Shown here: positions 8,553 through 17,844 of the stretch, piece by piece | Numbering within the stretch: the stretch's first letter is position 1 | Layout of the letters: the number at the start of each line of letters is the position of its first letter | DNA from: an uncultured Acidobacteriota bacterium | GTDB lineage: Bacteria > Acidobacteriota > Vicinamibacteria > Vicinamibacterales > JAKQTR01 | Assembly: GCA_963813325.1 (NCBI GenBank) | Contig: CAWEYM010000003.1 | Span: 834,449 to 898,448, forward strand | Direction of reading: 5' to 3' | Length of the DNA stretch: 64,000 bases | Made by a program: the position numbers and the translations under genes | Notes under the pieces: model-generated | The model's input: only the letters and a program-made list of their open reading frames with translations | Told to the model about the DNA's origin: nothing | The model's database searches: none

Positions 8553-9887
8553 ATGGACACGATGTCCCCGGACAACCCCGCCGCGCGCCCGCCGACGCGC
8601 GACGCCCGGCTCGCCAACGGGCTGCGCGTCCTCGTGCAGGAGCGCCATCGTGCGCCGCTGGTCTCGGTGTGGTGCTGGTACCACGTCGGGTCGAAGGACG
8701 AGCCGGCAGGGCTGAGCGGCGTGTCGCACTGGGCTGAACACATGAACTTCCGCGGGACGACGAACATCCCCCGCGACGCGATGAAGGGCATCGTCGATCG
8801 GCTGGGCGGCACGTGGAACGGGTACACCTGGATCGATCAGACCGCCTACGTGCTGACGGCGCCCGCCGACGCGCTGGACCGGCTGCTGCCGATCGAGGCG
8901 GAGCGGATGGCCCGCGGCCTCTACCACCCCGATGACTGCGAAGCCGAGCGCGCGATCGTGATGTCGGAACTCGAGGGGAGCGAGAACGATCCCGAGCAGG
9001 TGCTCGAGACCCAGGTGACGGCGGCGTCCTTCACGGCGCATCCTTACGGCCACCCGACGATTGGCTGGCTCGACGACCTGCGCGGCATGACCCGCGACGA
9101 TCTGGTCGGCCACTACCGCTCCCACTATCTGCCCAACAACGCGACGCTGGTCGTGGTTGGCGACGTCGACGCGGATGCCGCGCTGAGGCTTGCGGCCGGG
9201 CATTTCGATCCGATCCCGGCCGGCCCGGTGCCCGAGCGGCGCTGCCCGGTCGAACCGCCGCAGACGGCGACCCGCCGGGTGCGCATCGCGCGTGAGGGCA
9301 CGACGGCGTACCTGCGCCTCGCCTATCACGCGCCGGCCGCGGCCGACCCGGACCTGATGCCGCTGCTGGTGGCCGATGCCGCGCTGACCGGCGCCAGGGG
9401 CCTCAACCTCTGGACGAGCGCGCTGGTGCCGCCGCCCCAGCGCAGCGCCCGGCTGTTCACGGCCCTGGTCGAAACGCAGCTGGCGTCGGCGGTCGGCGGG
9501 TTCCTCGCGCCTACCGAGGATCCGTTCCTGTACGCCATCGCGATCACGGTGTCGGCGGGCGCGTCGCTGGCGCGCGTCGAGGACACCGCGCTGGCCGAAC
9601 TGGACCGCTTCCGCCGCGACGGCCTCACGCCCCGCGAGCTCGAGAAAGCCCGGGCCCAGCTGCGCGCCCGGCTCGTGTTCGACCAGGACGGCGTCACGGC
9701 GATCGGACACCAGCTCGGGTACTTCGCGACCGTCGCGACGCTGGACCTGCACGAGTCCCTGCTCGACCGCGTGGCGTCGGTCTCGGCGGACGACGTGTGG
9801 CGCGTGGCGCGTCGGCGCCTGGACGTGTCGAACCTGACCATCGGCTGGTTCGAGCCGCGCCCGCCGGCGGGGGCCGGCACGAGATGA
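8553..9887 (+). CDS. M16 family zinc peptidase (pitrilysin-like, catalytic subunit)
   Basis: Inverted zinc motif HWAEH (HxxEH) in GVSHWAEHMNFRGT. The start was moved to ATG 8553 (ATG 8562 is also possible). The stop overlaps the partner gene start. Confidence 0.88.
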   Translation: MDTMSPDNPAARPPTRDARLANGLRVLVQERHRAPLVSVWCWYHVGSKDEPAGLSGVSHWAEHMNFRGTTNIPRDAMKGIVDRLGGTWNGYTWIDQTAYVLTAPADALDRLLPIEAERMARGLYHPDDCEAERAIVMSELEGSENDPEQVLETQVTAASFTAHPYGHPTIGWLDDLRGMTRDDLVGHYRSHYLPNNATLVVVGDVDADAALRLAAGHFDPIPAGPVPERRCPVEPPQTATRRVRIAREGTTAYLRLAYHAPAAADPDLMPLLVADAALTGARGLNLWTSALVPPPQRSARLFTALVETQLASAVGGFLAPTEDPFLYAIAITVSAGASLARVEDTALAELDRFRRDGLTPRELEKARAQLRARLVFDQDGVTAIGHQLGYFATVATLDLHESLLDRVASVSADDVWRVARRRLDVSNLTIGWFEPRPPAGAGTR

Positions 9888-11185
9888 GCCGGTCCTGGCA
9901 GGGCCTGCGGCCTGCGCGCGAGGTGCTCGACAACGGCGTCGTGGTCATCGCCAAGGCGATTCACGACGTCCCGGCCGTCACCATCAGCGCGGCGTTCAAG
10001 GCCGGGCTGCTGTACGAGCCGCCCGGGCAGCCGGGCGTGGCGTACCTGCTCGGCCGGCTGCTCGATCGCGGGGCCGCGGGCCGCGACGCCGGCGAGATTG
10101 CCGACGCGCTCGACTCGCGCGGCGTCTCGCTCGGCCTGGAGGTCGGGCGCCAGTTGCTGTGGCTGACCTGCACCTGCCTCACGGAGGATTTCGCCGCGAT
10201 CCTCCGCCTGCTGGGCGACCTGGCCACGGCGCCGGCGCTGCCCCCCGTCGCGATCGAGATGCGGAGGAGCCAGGCCATCACGAGCATTCGACAGGATGAC
10301 GACAACCCCGCCGTGATGGCGGGCGAGGCGTTGTCGGCGGCGCTGTACCCGGGGGATCATCCCTACGGCCGGCGGCCGATGGGCAGCGTCGAGTCGATGG
10401 CGGGCCTCGACCGCGCCGCCCTGGCGGCGTTCCATCTGGCGCGCTTCGCTCCAGGGACCGCGTCGGTGGCCGTGGTCGGCGACGTCGAGACCGCGCGCGC
10501 CTTCGACGAAGTGGCGCGCGTGTTCGGCGCCTGGCGCCACGACGCGGGGCCGACGCCGCCAGCCCCGGCCGTCGTGCCGGCGGCCTCGCGCCGCGAGATT
10601 CGGCACCCGCTGCCCGGCAAGGCGCAGGCGGACATCGCCTACGGGTTCACGGCCGTGGCGCGATCCGACGCGGCGTATCACGAGGTCTGGTTGATGAACC
10701 ACGTGCTCGGGGACTACGGGCTCGGCGGGCGTGTCGGCGACCGGATCCGCGAACGCGAGGGCATGGCCTACTACGCGTTCAGCACGTTCGAGCCGCACGT
10801 GCTCCCAGGCCCGATCGTCATCCGTGCCGGCGTCAACCCCGCGAACGTGCGCCGCGCCGTGGCGGCCATCGATGCGGAAGTCGATCGCATGGCGGCCGAC
10901 GGCGTGACCGCGCAGGAGCTGGACGATTCCCGCCGGTACCTGATCGGGTCGATCCCGCGGACCTTCGAGACCGGGGCGGGCATCGCGCAGTTCCTGCAGA
11001 ACGTCGAGTACTTCGGGCTCGGCCTCGACTACGATGTGAAGCTGCCGGGCCTGCTCGCCGGCGTGACGCGGGAGGCCGTGAACGAGGCGGCCCGCCGCAT
11101 CCTGTCGTCCGATCGCGCGACGCTGGCCGTCGCGGGGCCCGAGGACGACGGGCACCCGGCCCTGGAGGACGAGGACCGAGCGTGA
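9884..11185 (+). CDS. M16 family peptidase, non-catalytic partner subunit
   Basis: M16 fold signatures are present but HxxEH is absent (AYLLGRLLDRG at that position). ATG 9884 overlaps the preceding stop (ATGA). Confidence 0.85.
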   Translation: MSRSWQGLRPAREVLDNGVVVIAKAIHDVPAVTISAAFKAGLLYEPPGQPGVAYLLGRLLDRGAAGRDAGEIADALDSRGVSLGLEVGRQLLWLTCTCLTEDFAAILRLLGDLATAPALPPVAIEMRRSQAITSIRQDDDNPAVMAGEALSAALYPGDHPYGRRPMGSVESMAGLDRAALAAFHLARFAPGTASVAVVGDVETARAFDEVARVFGAWRHDAGPTPPAPAVVPAASRREIRHPLPGKAQADIAYGFTAVARSDAAYHEVWLMNHVLGDYGLGGRVGDRIREREGMAYYAFSTFEPHVLPGPIVIRAGVNPANVRRAVAAIDAEVDRMAADGVTAQELDDSRRYLIGSIPRTFETGAGIAQFLQNVEYFGLGLDYDVKLPGLLAGVTREAVNEAARRILSSDRATLAVAGPEDDGHPALEDEDRA

Positions 11186-11895
11186 CGCGAGCGGTGTTCT
11201 TCGACGTCGACTTCACGCTGATCTACCCGGGGCCGACGCTCCGCGGCCATGGCTACCGGGCCTTCTGCGCGCGGCACGGGGTGCGCGTCGATCCGGCGAT
11301 GTTCTCGCTGGCCGTCGCGCGGTCGGCGTCCATCCTCGATCACGCCACCGAGCAGAACTACGATGCGCGCGTGTTCATCGACTATACGCGCGCCATCATC
11401 GAGCACATGGGCGGGTCGGGGCCCGGGGCCGAAGCGGCCGCGCAGGAGATCTACCGCGAGTGGGCGGCCTGCCGCCACTTCTTCCTGTACGATGATGTGG
11501 CGCCGGCCCTGGCGGCGCTGGCCGCGGGCGGCGTGCGCATCGGGCTGATCTCGAACACGCACCGGAGCCTGGAGGCGTTCGCGAGCCACTTCGAGCTCGA
11601 CGGCCTCATCGCCGCGTCCGTGTCGTCGTCCGAGCACGGCTTCCTCAAGCCGCACCCGAGCATCTTCGAGGCCGCCATGAAGGCGCTGGACGTCACCGCG
11701 GGTGACTCGATGATGGTGGGCGACAGCGTGAAGCACGATATCGCCGGGGCGCGCGGCGTCGGGATGCGCGCCGTGCTCCTGCGGCGGACCGACGGCGTGG
11801 GCACCCCCCTCCAGTGCGCGCTCGATCCGGGGTTCGAGGACGTGCCCGTGATCGGGACGCTGACCGAGCTGCCCCCGCTCGTCCTGGACGCGTAG
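11182..11895 (+). CDS. HAD family hydrolase (subfamily IA-like)
   Basis: Motif I FFDVDFTLI, motif II LISNT, and motif IV MVGDSVKHDIAGA. Confidence 0.82.
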   Translation: MTRAVFFDVDFTLIYPGPTLRGHGYRAFCARHGVRVDPAMFSLAVARSASILDHATEQNYDARVFIDYTRAIIEHMGGSGPGAEAAAQEIYREWAACRHFFLYDDVAPALAALAAGGVRIGLISNTHRSLEAFASHFELDGLIAASVSSSEHGFLKPHPSIFEAAMKALDVTAGDSMMVGDSVKHDIAGARGVGMRAVLLRRTDGVGTPLQCALDPGFEDVPVIGTLTELPPLVLDA

Positions 11896-11916
11896 CCCAT
11901 CGCCCGGAGCCCATCG

Positions 11917-12762
11917 ATGGACCTTCGACCCCTGACGACGATCGACGACTTCAAGCGCGTGGTCGAGCTGGAGTGCGAGATCTGGGGCTACACGGACGCC
12001 GCCGACGCCGTGGGCGTGCCGATCCTCATCGTGAGCGTGAAGCGGGGAGGCATCCTGCTCGGGGCCTTCGATGGCGGCCGGATGGTCGGCTTCGTGTACT
12101 CCCTGCCAGGCCTGAAGCAGGGCCGCCCGATGCAGTGGTCCCACATGCTGGGCGTCATCGCCCCGTACCGCGGCGCCGGCGTGGGGCTGGCGCTGAAGCT
12201 GGAGCAGCGCCGGCTGACCATCGGGATGGGCCTCGACCTGATCGAGTGGACCTACGACCCGCTGCAGGCGGTCAACGCCCACCTGAACTTCGGCCGGCTC
12301 GGCGTGGTGGTCGACGAGTACGCGCTCAACGTGTACGGCGACTCGACCAGCCCGCTGCACCAGGGCACGCCCACCGATCGCTTCATCGCGCAGTGGTGGC
12401 TCCGGGCGGCGCGCGTCGAGCGGACGCTCGGGCTGGCGGCGGCGCCCGCGGCCGGCGAGCCAGGGGCCGGGACGGACGGTCCCGCGCCGCTGGTGAACGC
12501 GACGGTGGCCGCCGGCGACTGGGTCGAGTGCGCGCGCGTCGAGCTGGGACGCTCCGACCCGTCGCTGCGCGTGGCCATCCCGATCGGGTTCACCGAGATG
12601 CAGCTCCAGGCCCCGGGCCTCGCGCAAGCCTGGCGGCTCGCGACCCGCGAGGTCTTTGCCCACTATCTCGGGCGCGGCTACTCGGTGGTCGCGTTCTCGC
12701 TCGACGAGCCGCGGCGGTTCGGCACCTACCGCCTGGCGGCGCGCGCCCCGGCCGCCGCGTAG
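11917..12762 (+). CDS. GNAT-superfamily acetyltransferase-like protein (COG3375-type)
   Basis: 281 aa with a GNAT-like acetyl-CoA loop (IAPYRGAGVGLALK). The layout resembles the predicted GNAT acetyltransferase family I recall as COG3375. Confidence 0.6.
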   Translation: MDLRPLTTIDDFKRVVELECEIWGYTDAADAVGVPILIVSVKRGGILLGAFDGGRMVGFVYSLPGLKQGRPMQWSHMLGVIAPYRGAGVGLALKLEQRRLTIGMGLDLIEWTYDPLQAVNAHLNFGRLGVVVDEYALNVYGDSTSPLHQGTPTDRFIAQWWLRAARVERTLGLAAAPAAGEPGAGTDGPAPLVNATVAAGDWVECARVELGRSDPSLRVAIPIGFTEMQLQAPGLAQAWRLATREVFAHYLGRGYSVVAFSLDEPRRFGTYRLAARAPAAA

Positions 12763-12769
12763 TCCCGGC

Positions 12770-13111
12770 TCACCCCGGCGGCCAGCCCATCGGCCGGCCT
12801 CCCAGCAGGTGCAGGTGCACGTGGAAGACCGACTGGCCGGCCTCGCGGTTGCAGTTGAACACCGTGCGGTAGCCGCGAGCCGACAGGCCGAGGTCCTTGG
12901 CTACGGCGGCCGCCCGCCGCACCAGCGCGCCCACCAGGGCCTCGTCACCGGGTTCCAGGTCGTTCAGCGTGGCGATGTGGCGCCTGGGCACGATGAGGAC
13001 GTGCACGGGCGCCTGTGGGTTGGTGTCGTGGAACGCCACGACGTCCTCGTCCTGGTAGACGGTCTTCGCCGGGAGCTCGCCGGCGACGATGCGGCAGAAG
13101 AGACAGGTCAT
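12770..13111 (-). CDS. HIT family (histidine triad) protein
   Basis: Real start is MTCLFCRIVAGELPA at ATG 13111, overlapping the prmC stop. Histidine triad HVHLHLLGG. Confidence 0.9.
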   Translation of the reverse strand: MTCLFCRIVAGELPAKTVYQDEDVVAFHDTNPQAPVHVLIVPRRHIATLNDLEPGDEALVGALVRRAAAVAKDLGLSARGYRTVFNCNREAGQSVFHVHLHLLGGRPMGWPPG

Positions 13112-13992
13112 GGGGCGGACCTCGTGACGGCGCGCAGTACAGCGACGCGGGCGATACCCGCGAGGTCGTTCGCCATGGCGGCCAGGGTCAGCCCCGGCCG
13201 GCCGGCGACCGCCGCCCGGATGGCTTCGGCCTGGCCGAAGCCGAACTCGAATGCCAGCAGGCCGCCCGGGGCCAGGCGATCCTCGGCCTGCGGCAGCAGG
13301 CGCCGCACCACGTCCAGGCCATCGGGCCCGCCATCGAGGGCGCCCCGGGGCTCGTGGTCCCGCACCTCGGGCTGGAGCGCCGCGATGTCCCCGCGAGGCA
13401 CGTAGGGCGGGTTGGAGACCACGACATCGAACGGCCCGGCGACCCCGGCCAGCAGGTCGCCGCGCACGAGCCGCACGCGATCCCCGACGCCGTGCCCGTC
13501 GACGTTGCGTCGCGCCACCTCGAGTGCGGCGGCCGAGATGTCGGTCGCCACGACGTGCGCGTGCGGCAGCCACCGCACCAGGGACACGGCGAGGCATCCG
13601 CTTCCCGTCCCCACGTCGGCGATCCTCAGCGGCGCATCGGCCGGCACGCGCGCCATCACTTCCTCGATGATCAGTTCCGTCTCGGGACGGGGCACCAGGA
13701 CGGCGGGCGTGACCGCGAAGTCGAGGCCCCAGAACTCACGGGTGCCGATGAGGTAGGCGGTCGGCTCGCGCCGTTCGCGGCGGTCCGCCAGCGCCGCGAA
13801 TGTCGCGCGGAACGCCGTCGAGGCGGGCTCGCCGCGGCGGACCAGGTACTCGCCCCGCGCCCAGCCGCCCGCGACGTGCCGCGCGATCAGCTCGGCGTCG
13901 AGCGCAGCCTCGTCGGGGCCGATGCCGGCACGGCCGAACCGGGCGCGGGCCCCGCGCACGATGTCGTGGATGGTCGGCTGCCGGGTCTCCAC
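13108..13992 (-). CDS. prmC: release factor glutamine N5-methyltransferase
   Basis: SAM-binding motif DVGTGSGCLA and catalytic NPPY (VSNPPYV). It lies immediately downstream of prfA. Confidence 0.9.
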   Translation of the reverse strand: METRQPTIHDIVRGARARFGRAGIGPDEAALDAELIARHVAGGWARGEYLVRRGEPASTAFRATFAALADRRERREPTAYLIGTREFWGLDFAVTPAVLVPRPETELIIEEVMARVPADAPLRIADVGTGSGCLAVSLVRWLPHAHVVATDISAAALEVARRNVDGHGVGDRVRLVRGDLLAGVAGPFDVVVSNPPYVPRGDIAALQPEVRDHEPRGALDGGPDGLDVVRRLLPQAEDRLAPGGLLAFEFGFGQAEAIRAAVAGRPGLTLAAMANDLAGIARVAVLRAVTRSAP

Positions 13993-14032
13993 TGTCTCGC
14001 CCTCGGGCCCTCGAGCCCCGGACCCTGGCGCC

Positions 14033-15115
14033 TCAGCCCTGGTCCTCGACCGCGGTGGCTTCCTTCAGCAGTTCGGCCGTGTAGTGGGTGACGAGCATGT
14101 CGATCAGCTCGGTCAGATTGCCGTCGAGCACGTCGACCAGCCGGTGGGTCGTGAAGTTGATCCGGTGGTCCGTGATGCGGCTCTGCGGGAAATTGTAGGT
14201 TCGGATCTTCTCGGACCGTTCGCCGGTGCCGACCTGGCTGCGCCGGTCCTTGGCGATCGCTTCCTGCTGCTTGCGCATCTCCATCTCGTAGAGGCGTGAT
14301 CGCAGCACCTTCATCGCCTTCGCACGGTTCTTGATCTGCGACTTCTCGTCCTGCTGGGACACGACCAGCCCCGTCGGGAGGTGCGTGATCCGGACGGCGG
14401 AGTACGTCGTGTTCACGCTCTGGCCGCCGGGGCCGCTCGAGCAGAACGTGTCGATGCGGAGGTCCTTGGCGTCGATCTGGACGTCAACCTCCTCGGCCTC
14501 GGGCAGCACCGCGACCGTGGCCGTGGACGTGTGGATGCGCCCGCTCGCCTCGGTGGCGGGCACCCGCTGCACCCGGTGCACGCCGCTCTCGTACTTCAGC
14601 CGGCTATAGACCTGCCGGCCTTCGATCGTGGCGATGACTTCCTTCGTTCCGCCCACGCCGGTTTCGCTGATCGACAGCACCTCGACGCGCCAGCCCTGCC
14701 GCTCGGCGAAGCGGCTGTACATCCGGAACAGCTCGGCCGCGAAGAGCGCCGCCTCGTCGCCGCCCGTGCCCGCCCGGATCTCGAGCATGACGTTCTTTTC
14801 GTCGTTGGGATCCTTCGGCAGCAGCAGCACCTTGATCGCGGCAAAGAGCGCCTCGGCGCGCGCCTTGAGGCCGGGCAGTTCCTCGAGGGCCAGGGCGCGC
14901 ATCTCGGCGTCCGCGCCAGAGGCGAGTTCCTCCGTCTGGGCGATCTCCGACGTCACGGCCTTGTACTGCCTGAAGTGCTCGACCAGCGGCTCGATCTCCG
15001 CCAGCGCCTTGGCGTGCGTCCGGTACTGCGCCGGGTCGGACTGCACCGCGGGGCTCCCGAGCAGGCCCATGAGTTCGTTGTAGCGGCCTTCGACCGATTC
15101 GAGCTTGTCGAGCAT
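14033..15115 (-). CDS. prfA: peptide chain release factor 1
   Basis: GGQ motif ([11 protein letters not shown]) and the RF1-specific PAT tripeptide ([14 protein letters not shown]). Confidence 0.96.
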   Translation of the reverse strand: MLDKLESVEGRYNELMGLLGSPAVQSDPAQYRTHAKALAEIEPLVEHFRQYKAVTSEIAQTEELASGADAEMRALALEELPGLKARAEALFAAIKVLLLPKDPNDEKNVMLEIRAGTGGDEAALFAAELFRMYSRFAERQGWRVEVLSISETGVGGTKEVIATIEGRQVYSRLKYESGVHRVQRVPATEASGRIHTSTATVAVLPEAEEVDVQIDAKDLRIDTFCSSGPGGQSVNTTYSAVRITHLPTGLVVSQQDEKSQIKNRAKAMKVLRSRLYEMEMRKQQEAIAKDRRSQVGTGERSEKIRTYNFPQSRITDHRINFTTHRLVDVLDGNLTELIDMLVTHYTAELLKEATAVEDQG

Positions 15116-15218
15116 GATGCTGCTGTCTGCCTGTCGCGCCCGGCGGGCCTCGGCCCCCGGGCCCTGTACCGCCGAGGTTGACGCGTCGGGACGGAGATCG
15201 GGCGTGTCTCCCGCCGCC

Positions 15219-15464
15219 CTATCCGCCCGAGACCGGCGGCAGGAAAGCGACCTCGTCCCCGTCCGCGAGCGACGCCGTGAAACGCGCGTACTCCGCGTTC
15301 ACGGCGCATGAGATCGACGATCGGTAGGGCGCCATCGCCGGGAATTCGGACGCCAGCGCCTGCCACACGGTCTCGACCGTGGCGCCGTCGCCGGCCTGCC
15401 GCTCGAGGTCGCCCGCGGCCGCCAGGTCGCGGAGCCGCGCGAAGAGCCGAATCGTCACCCGCAT
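15219..15464 (-). CDS. moaD: molybdopterin synthase sulfur carrier subunit
   Basis: An 81-aa ubiquitin-like protein starting [13 protein letters not shown] and ending in the diagnostic C-terminal GG. It overlaps the moaE stop by 10 nt. Confidence 0.85.
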   Translation of the reverse strand: MRVTIRLFARLRDLAAAGDLERQAGDGATVETVWQALASEFPAMAPYRSSISCAVNAEYARFTASLADGDEVAFLPPVSGG

Positions 15465-15940
15465 GCGCGCTCGTACGCGGCCTGCCGCGCCGCGGCGTTC
15501 TCCGGGTCGGCCGTGGCGCCTTCGATCCACGCGTCGCCGTCCTCGAAGATCTCCCGTTTCCAGATCGGTGCGATCTGCTTCACCCGCTCGATCGCATAGC
15601 GGCACGCCTGGAACGCGTCGGCGCGGTGCGGCGCGGCCGCCGCGATCACCACGCTCGTCTCGCCCAGGCCGAGCGTCCCCACGCGGTGGTGCAGCGCCAG
15701 GCGCACGCCCGCCCAGTGGTCCGCGACCTCCCGGGCAATGAGGGCAAAGGCCTGCCGCGCCAGCGGTTCGTAGGCCTCGTACCGCAGCTCGAGCACCCGC
15801 CGGCCGAGGTTTTCGCCGCGGACCGTTCCCACGAACGTCGCGACCGCACCGTGGCGGCCCAACGGGTCGGCGTCGAGCGCCAACCGCACCACGGCCTGCA
15901 CGTCGAGCGGGGCGGGCGTGAGACTCAGGAGATCGGCCAT
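15455..15940 (-). CDS. moaE: molybdopterin synthase catalytic subunit
   Basis: 161 aa from ATG 15940 (MADLLSLTPAPLD...). MoaE signatures are GAVATFVGTVR and IAPIWKRE. The upstream part of the track ORF (to 16186) runs into the IS and is spurious. Confidence 0.88.
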   Translation of the reverse strand: MADLLSLTPAPLDVQAVVRLALDADPLGRHGAVATFVGTVRGENLGRRVLELRYEAYEPLARQAFALIAREVADHWAGVRLALHHRVGTLGLGETSVVIAAAAPHRADAFQACRYAIERVKQIAPIWKREIFEDGDAWIEGATADPENAAARQAAYERACG

Positions 15941-15994
15941 GGTCGGAGACAACACTTCAGTATACCAAAGCAGGGACCGGGGATCGGCGTGGTC

Positions 15995-16002
15995 GGGCTG
16001 AC
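15995..16002. repeat. left target-site duplication GGGCTGAC
   Basis: An identical 8-mer abuts the other IS end at 17837-17844. Confidence 0.75.
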
Positions 16003-16089
16003 GGGTGCACGTCAGCATAATGCGCGATGGGCTGGCTACTGAGGTTCTTGACTTGTGCTTACAGTCTTTCATGCTGTAATATATGGAGC

Positions 16090-16509
16090 ATGAGACATTC
16101 CTCCGCACCCGCCGCCGCGATTCGTGCCCGTCTGAGTACCCAGCTCGCGGATCCGATCCCGATGCGCCGGGGGTCGCTGATCGCACGCTTCGTGAAGTGC
16201 TCGCGCCCCGGCTGTCCGTGTGCCCACGATCCGGACGCGCGCCACGGCCCGTATGTCAGCCTCACGTGGGCGGTGGCCGGGACCACACGCACGCGGCTCC
16301 TCGCCCCGGCCGTGGCCGACACGGTGCGCCGGCAGATCGAGGTCGGCCGGCAGTTTCGCGACGCGACGGCGCTGTACTGGGCGGCGTGTGAGCGCCTCGC
16401 CGACGCGGAGATCGAGGCGCTCACCGCGGCGTCCGGCCCGGCGGGTGAAAAAGGGGGCTCGGTGCGACGCTCCAGACGGAAGTTGCGCGGGAAATCACGA
16501 CCCTCATAG
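16090..16509 (+). CDS. transposase N-terminal segment (Zn-ribbon region), frame 1
   Basis: MRHSSAPAAAIRARL...GSLIARFVKCSRPGCPCAHDPDARHGPYVSLTW is the N-terminal pattern I associate with ISKra4-type transposases. GGAG lies 4 nt before ATG 16090. The frame ends at TAG 16507-16509. Confidence 0.7.
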   Translation: MRHSSAPAAAIRARLSTQLADPIPMRRGSLIARFVKCSRPGCPCAHDPDARHGPYVSLTWAVAGTTRTRLLAPAVADTVRRQIEVGRQFRDATALYWAACERLADAEIEALTAASGPAGEKGGSVRRSRRKLRGKSRPS

Positions 16510-17804
16510 GTCCGGGGGCTGTTGACGGGTGGGACTTCGAGGCGATCGAAACCGCGGCCCGGCGGCAGGCGCTCACGGTGGCCGCGCGCGCGGTGGCGCA
16601 GCGCCTCAATGCGGACCACGCGGACTACGTGGGGCCCACGAGGCCCTGCCCACAGTGTGCGCAGCCTGCGCGCTATGCGGGTCGCCGCCCCAAGACCGTC
16701 GAGCGTGTGTTGGGACCCCTGACGCTGGAGCGGGCCTACTACCACTGCACGCGGTGTGACGCGGGCGTGTGTCCGCGCGACGCGGCGCTGGGCGTGGACG
16801 GGACGGCGCTCTCCCCCGCGGTCACCCGCATGGTCGGGATCGTGGGCGCGCGGGTCAGCTTCGTGGAGGGCCACGCCCTGCTGCACGAGCTCGCCGGCGT
16901 CGCGGTCGATCCCAAACAGGTCGAGCGGACCGCCGAAGCGCTGGGCCGCGCCCTCGCCGAGGACGAACGCACCGTCGTCGAGGCGCAGCCGCCCGCGGCG
17001 TCCACGATGTACCTGGGGATGGATGGCACGGGGATCCCGATGCGCGCGGCCGCGCTGGCGGGCCGCCGCGGGAAACAGCCCGACAGGAGCGCCAAGACTC
17101 GCGAGGTCAAACTCTGCACCGTCTGGACGGCGGAGGCGCGCGACGCCGAGGGCCGCCCCGTGCGGGACCCCGGCTCGGTCAGTTACTCGGCGGCGATCGA
17201 AAGCGCGGCGGCCACGTCCGGCCCCGCGGCCCGCTCGTCGCCCTTTGCGCTGCGGGTGGACCGCGAAGCTCAGCGCCGCGGCTTTGACCAGGCCCCCCAG
17301 CGCGTCGTCCTCGGCGACGGCGCCGTGTGGATCTGGCACGTGGCCGACGAGGCGTGCCCCGGGGCGATCCAGATCGTCGACCTCTTCCACGCCAAGGAGC
17401 ACCTGGCCTCGCTCGCCACCGCGATCTTCGGCGCGCCTGGCGACCTCGCCACTGCGTGGACCCACGCCCGGTACGCGGACCTCGACGCCGGCCACCTCCG
17501 GCGCCTCGTCCACGGGCTCCGCGAGTACCTCGCGACCACCCCCGCCGCCGCGCAGGACCTGCCGTACTTCGTCCGGAATCGGCACCGGATGCGCTATCCC
17601 GCCTTCCGCGCGCAGGGCCTCTGCGTCTCGACCGGCGTCGTCGAAGCCGGCTGCAAGACCGCCATCGGCGCCCGTCTGAAACGCAGTGGCATGCACGGGA
17701 CCCTGCCCGGCGCCGACGCCATCATCGCCTTGCGCTGCGGCATCTTGAGCGGGCGATTCGAGGACTTCTGGGAGCGGCGCGCCGCGCGACCGCGGGCTGC
17801 ATGA
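16449..17804 (+). CDS. transposase DDE segment, -1 frame relative to the N-terminal segment
   Basis: The frame is open from 16449, whereas the track starts it at GTG 16578. It reads ...LQTEVAREITTLIGPGAVDGWDFEAIETAARRQAL..., then YLGMDGTGIPM, VVLGDGAVWIW and QIVDLFHAKEHL (DDE-type triad context). Confidence 0.8.
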   Translation, partial: KRGLGATLQTEVAREITTLIGPGAVDGWDFEAIETAARRQALTVAARAVAQRLNADHADYVGPTRPCPQCAQPARYAGRRPKTVERVLGPLTLERAYYHCTRCDAGVCPRDAALGVDGTALSPAVTRMVGIVGARVSFVEGHALLHELAGVAVDPKQVERTAEALGRALAEDERTVVEAQPPAASTMYLGMDGTGIPMRAAALAGRRGKQPDRSAKTREVKLCTVWTAEARDAEGRPVRDPGSVSYSAAIESAAATSGPAARSSPFALRVDREAQRRGFDQAPQRVVLGDGAVWIWHVADEACPGAIQIVDLFHAKEHLASLATAIFGAPGDLATAWTHARYADLDAGHLRRLVHGLREYLATTPAAAQDLPYFVRNRHRMRYPAFRAQGLCVSTGVVEAGCKTAIGARLKRSGMHGTLPGADAIIALRCGILSGRFEDFWERRAARPRAA

Positions 17805-17836
17805 CTGACCGCATCTCACAATTCCGACGTGCACCC

Positions 17837-17844
17837 GGGCTGAC
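17837..17844. repeat. right target-site duplication GGGCTGAC
   Basis: Direct repeat of 15995-16002, immediately outside the right IR. Confidence 0.75.

Larger units (their letters stand above)
16003..17836 (+). mobile_element. ISKra4-family-like insertion sequence (1834 bp)
   Basis: The termini GGGTGCACGTC (16003-16013) and GACGTGCACCC (17826-17836) are perfect 11-bp inverted repeats, with partial matches further inward. They are flanked by a direct 8-bp GGGCTGAC. The element encodes an ISKra4-type DDE transposase. Confidence 0.85.

Noticed and set aside
7560-9752. N-terminal extensions of several track ORFs. Examples are 7560..9752 (730 aa), 8397, 9797, 12770..13597, 15219..15605, 15455..16186, 19307, 23834, 26587..27411, 33206, 35620, 44134, 45213, 46852, 49986..51248, 53610 and 62335..63303.
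   Set aside because: In each case the recognisable protein begins at an internal start. That start often has an SD or an ATGA overlap with the preceding gene, or is followed by a signal peptide. The upstream part overlaps a neighbouring gene or looks non-coding.
14033-15115. Programmed +1 frameshift of the kind found in release factor genes.
   Set aside because: The gene is RF1 (PAT motif, uninterrupted ORF). The autoregulatory frameshift is a feature of prfB (RF2), not prfA.
16027-16089. Track start of the transposase N-terminal ORF at 16027 (MGWLLRFLTCAYSLSCCNIWS...).
   Set aside because: ATG 16090 is preceded by GGAG, and the 21 upstream codons look non-coding (the AT-rich promoter-like region of the IS). 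Candidate TTGACT (16048-16053) and TGTAAT hexamers are spaced 21 nt apart, too far to call a promoter confidently.
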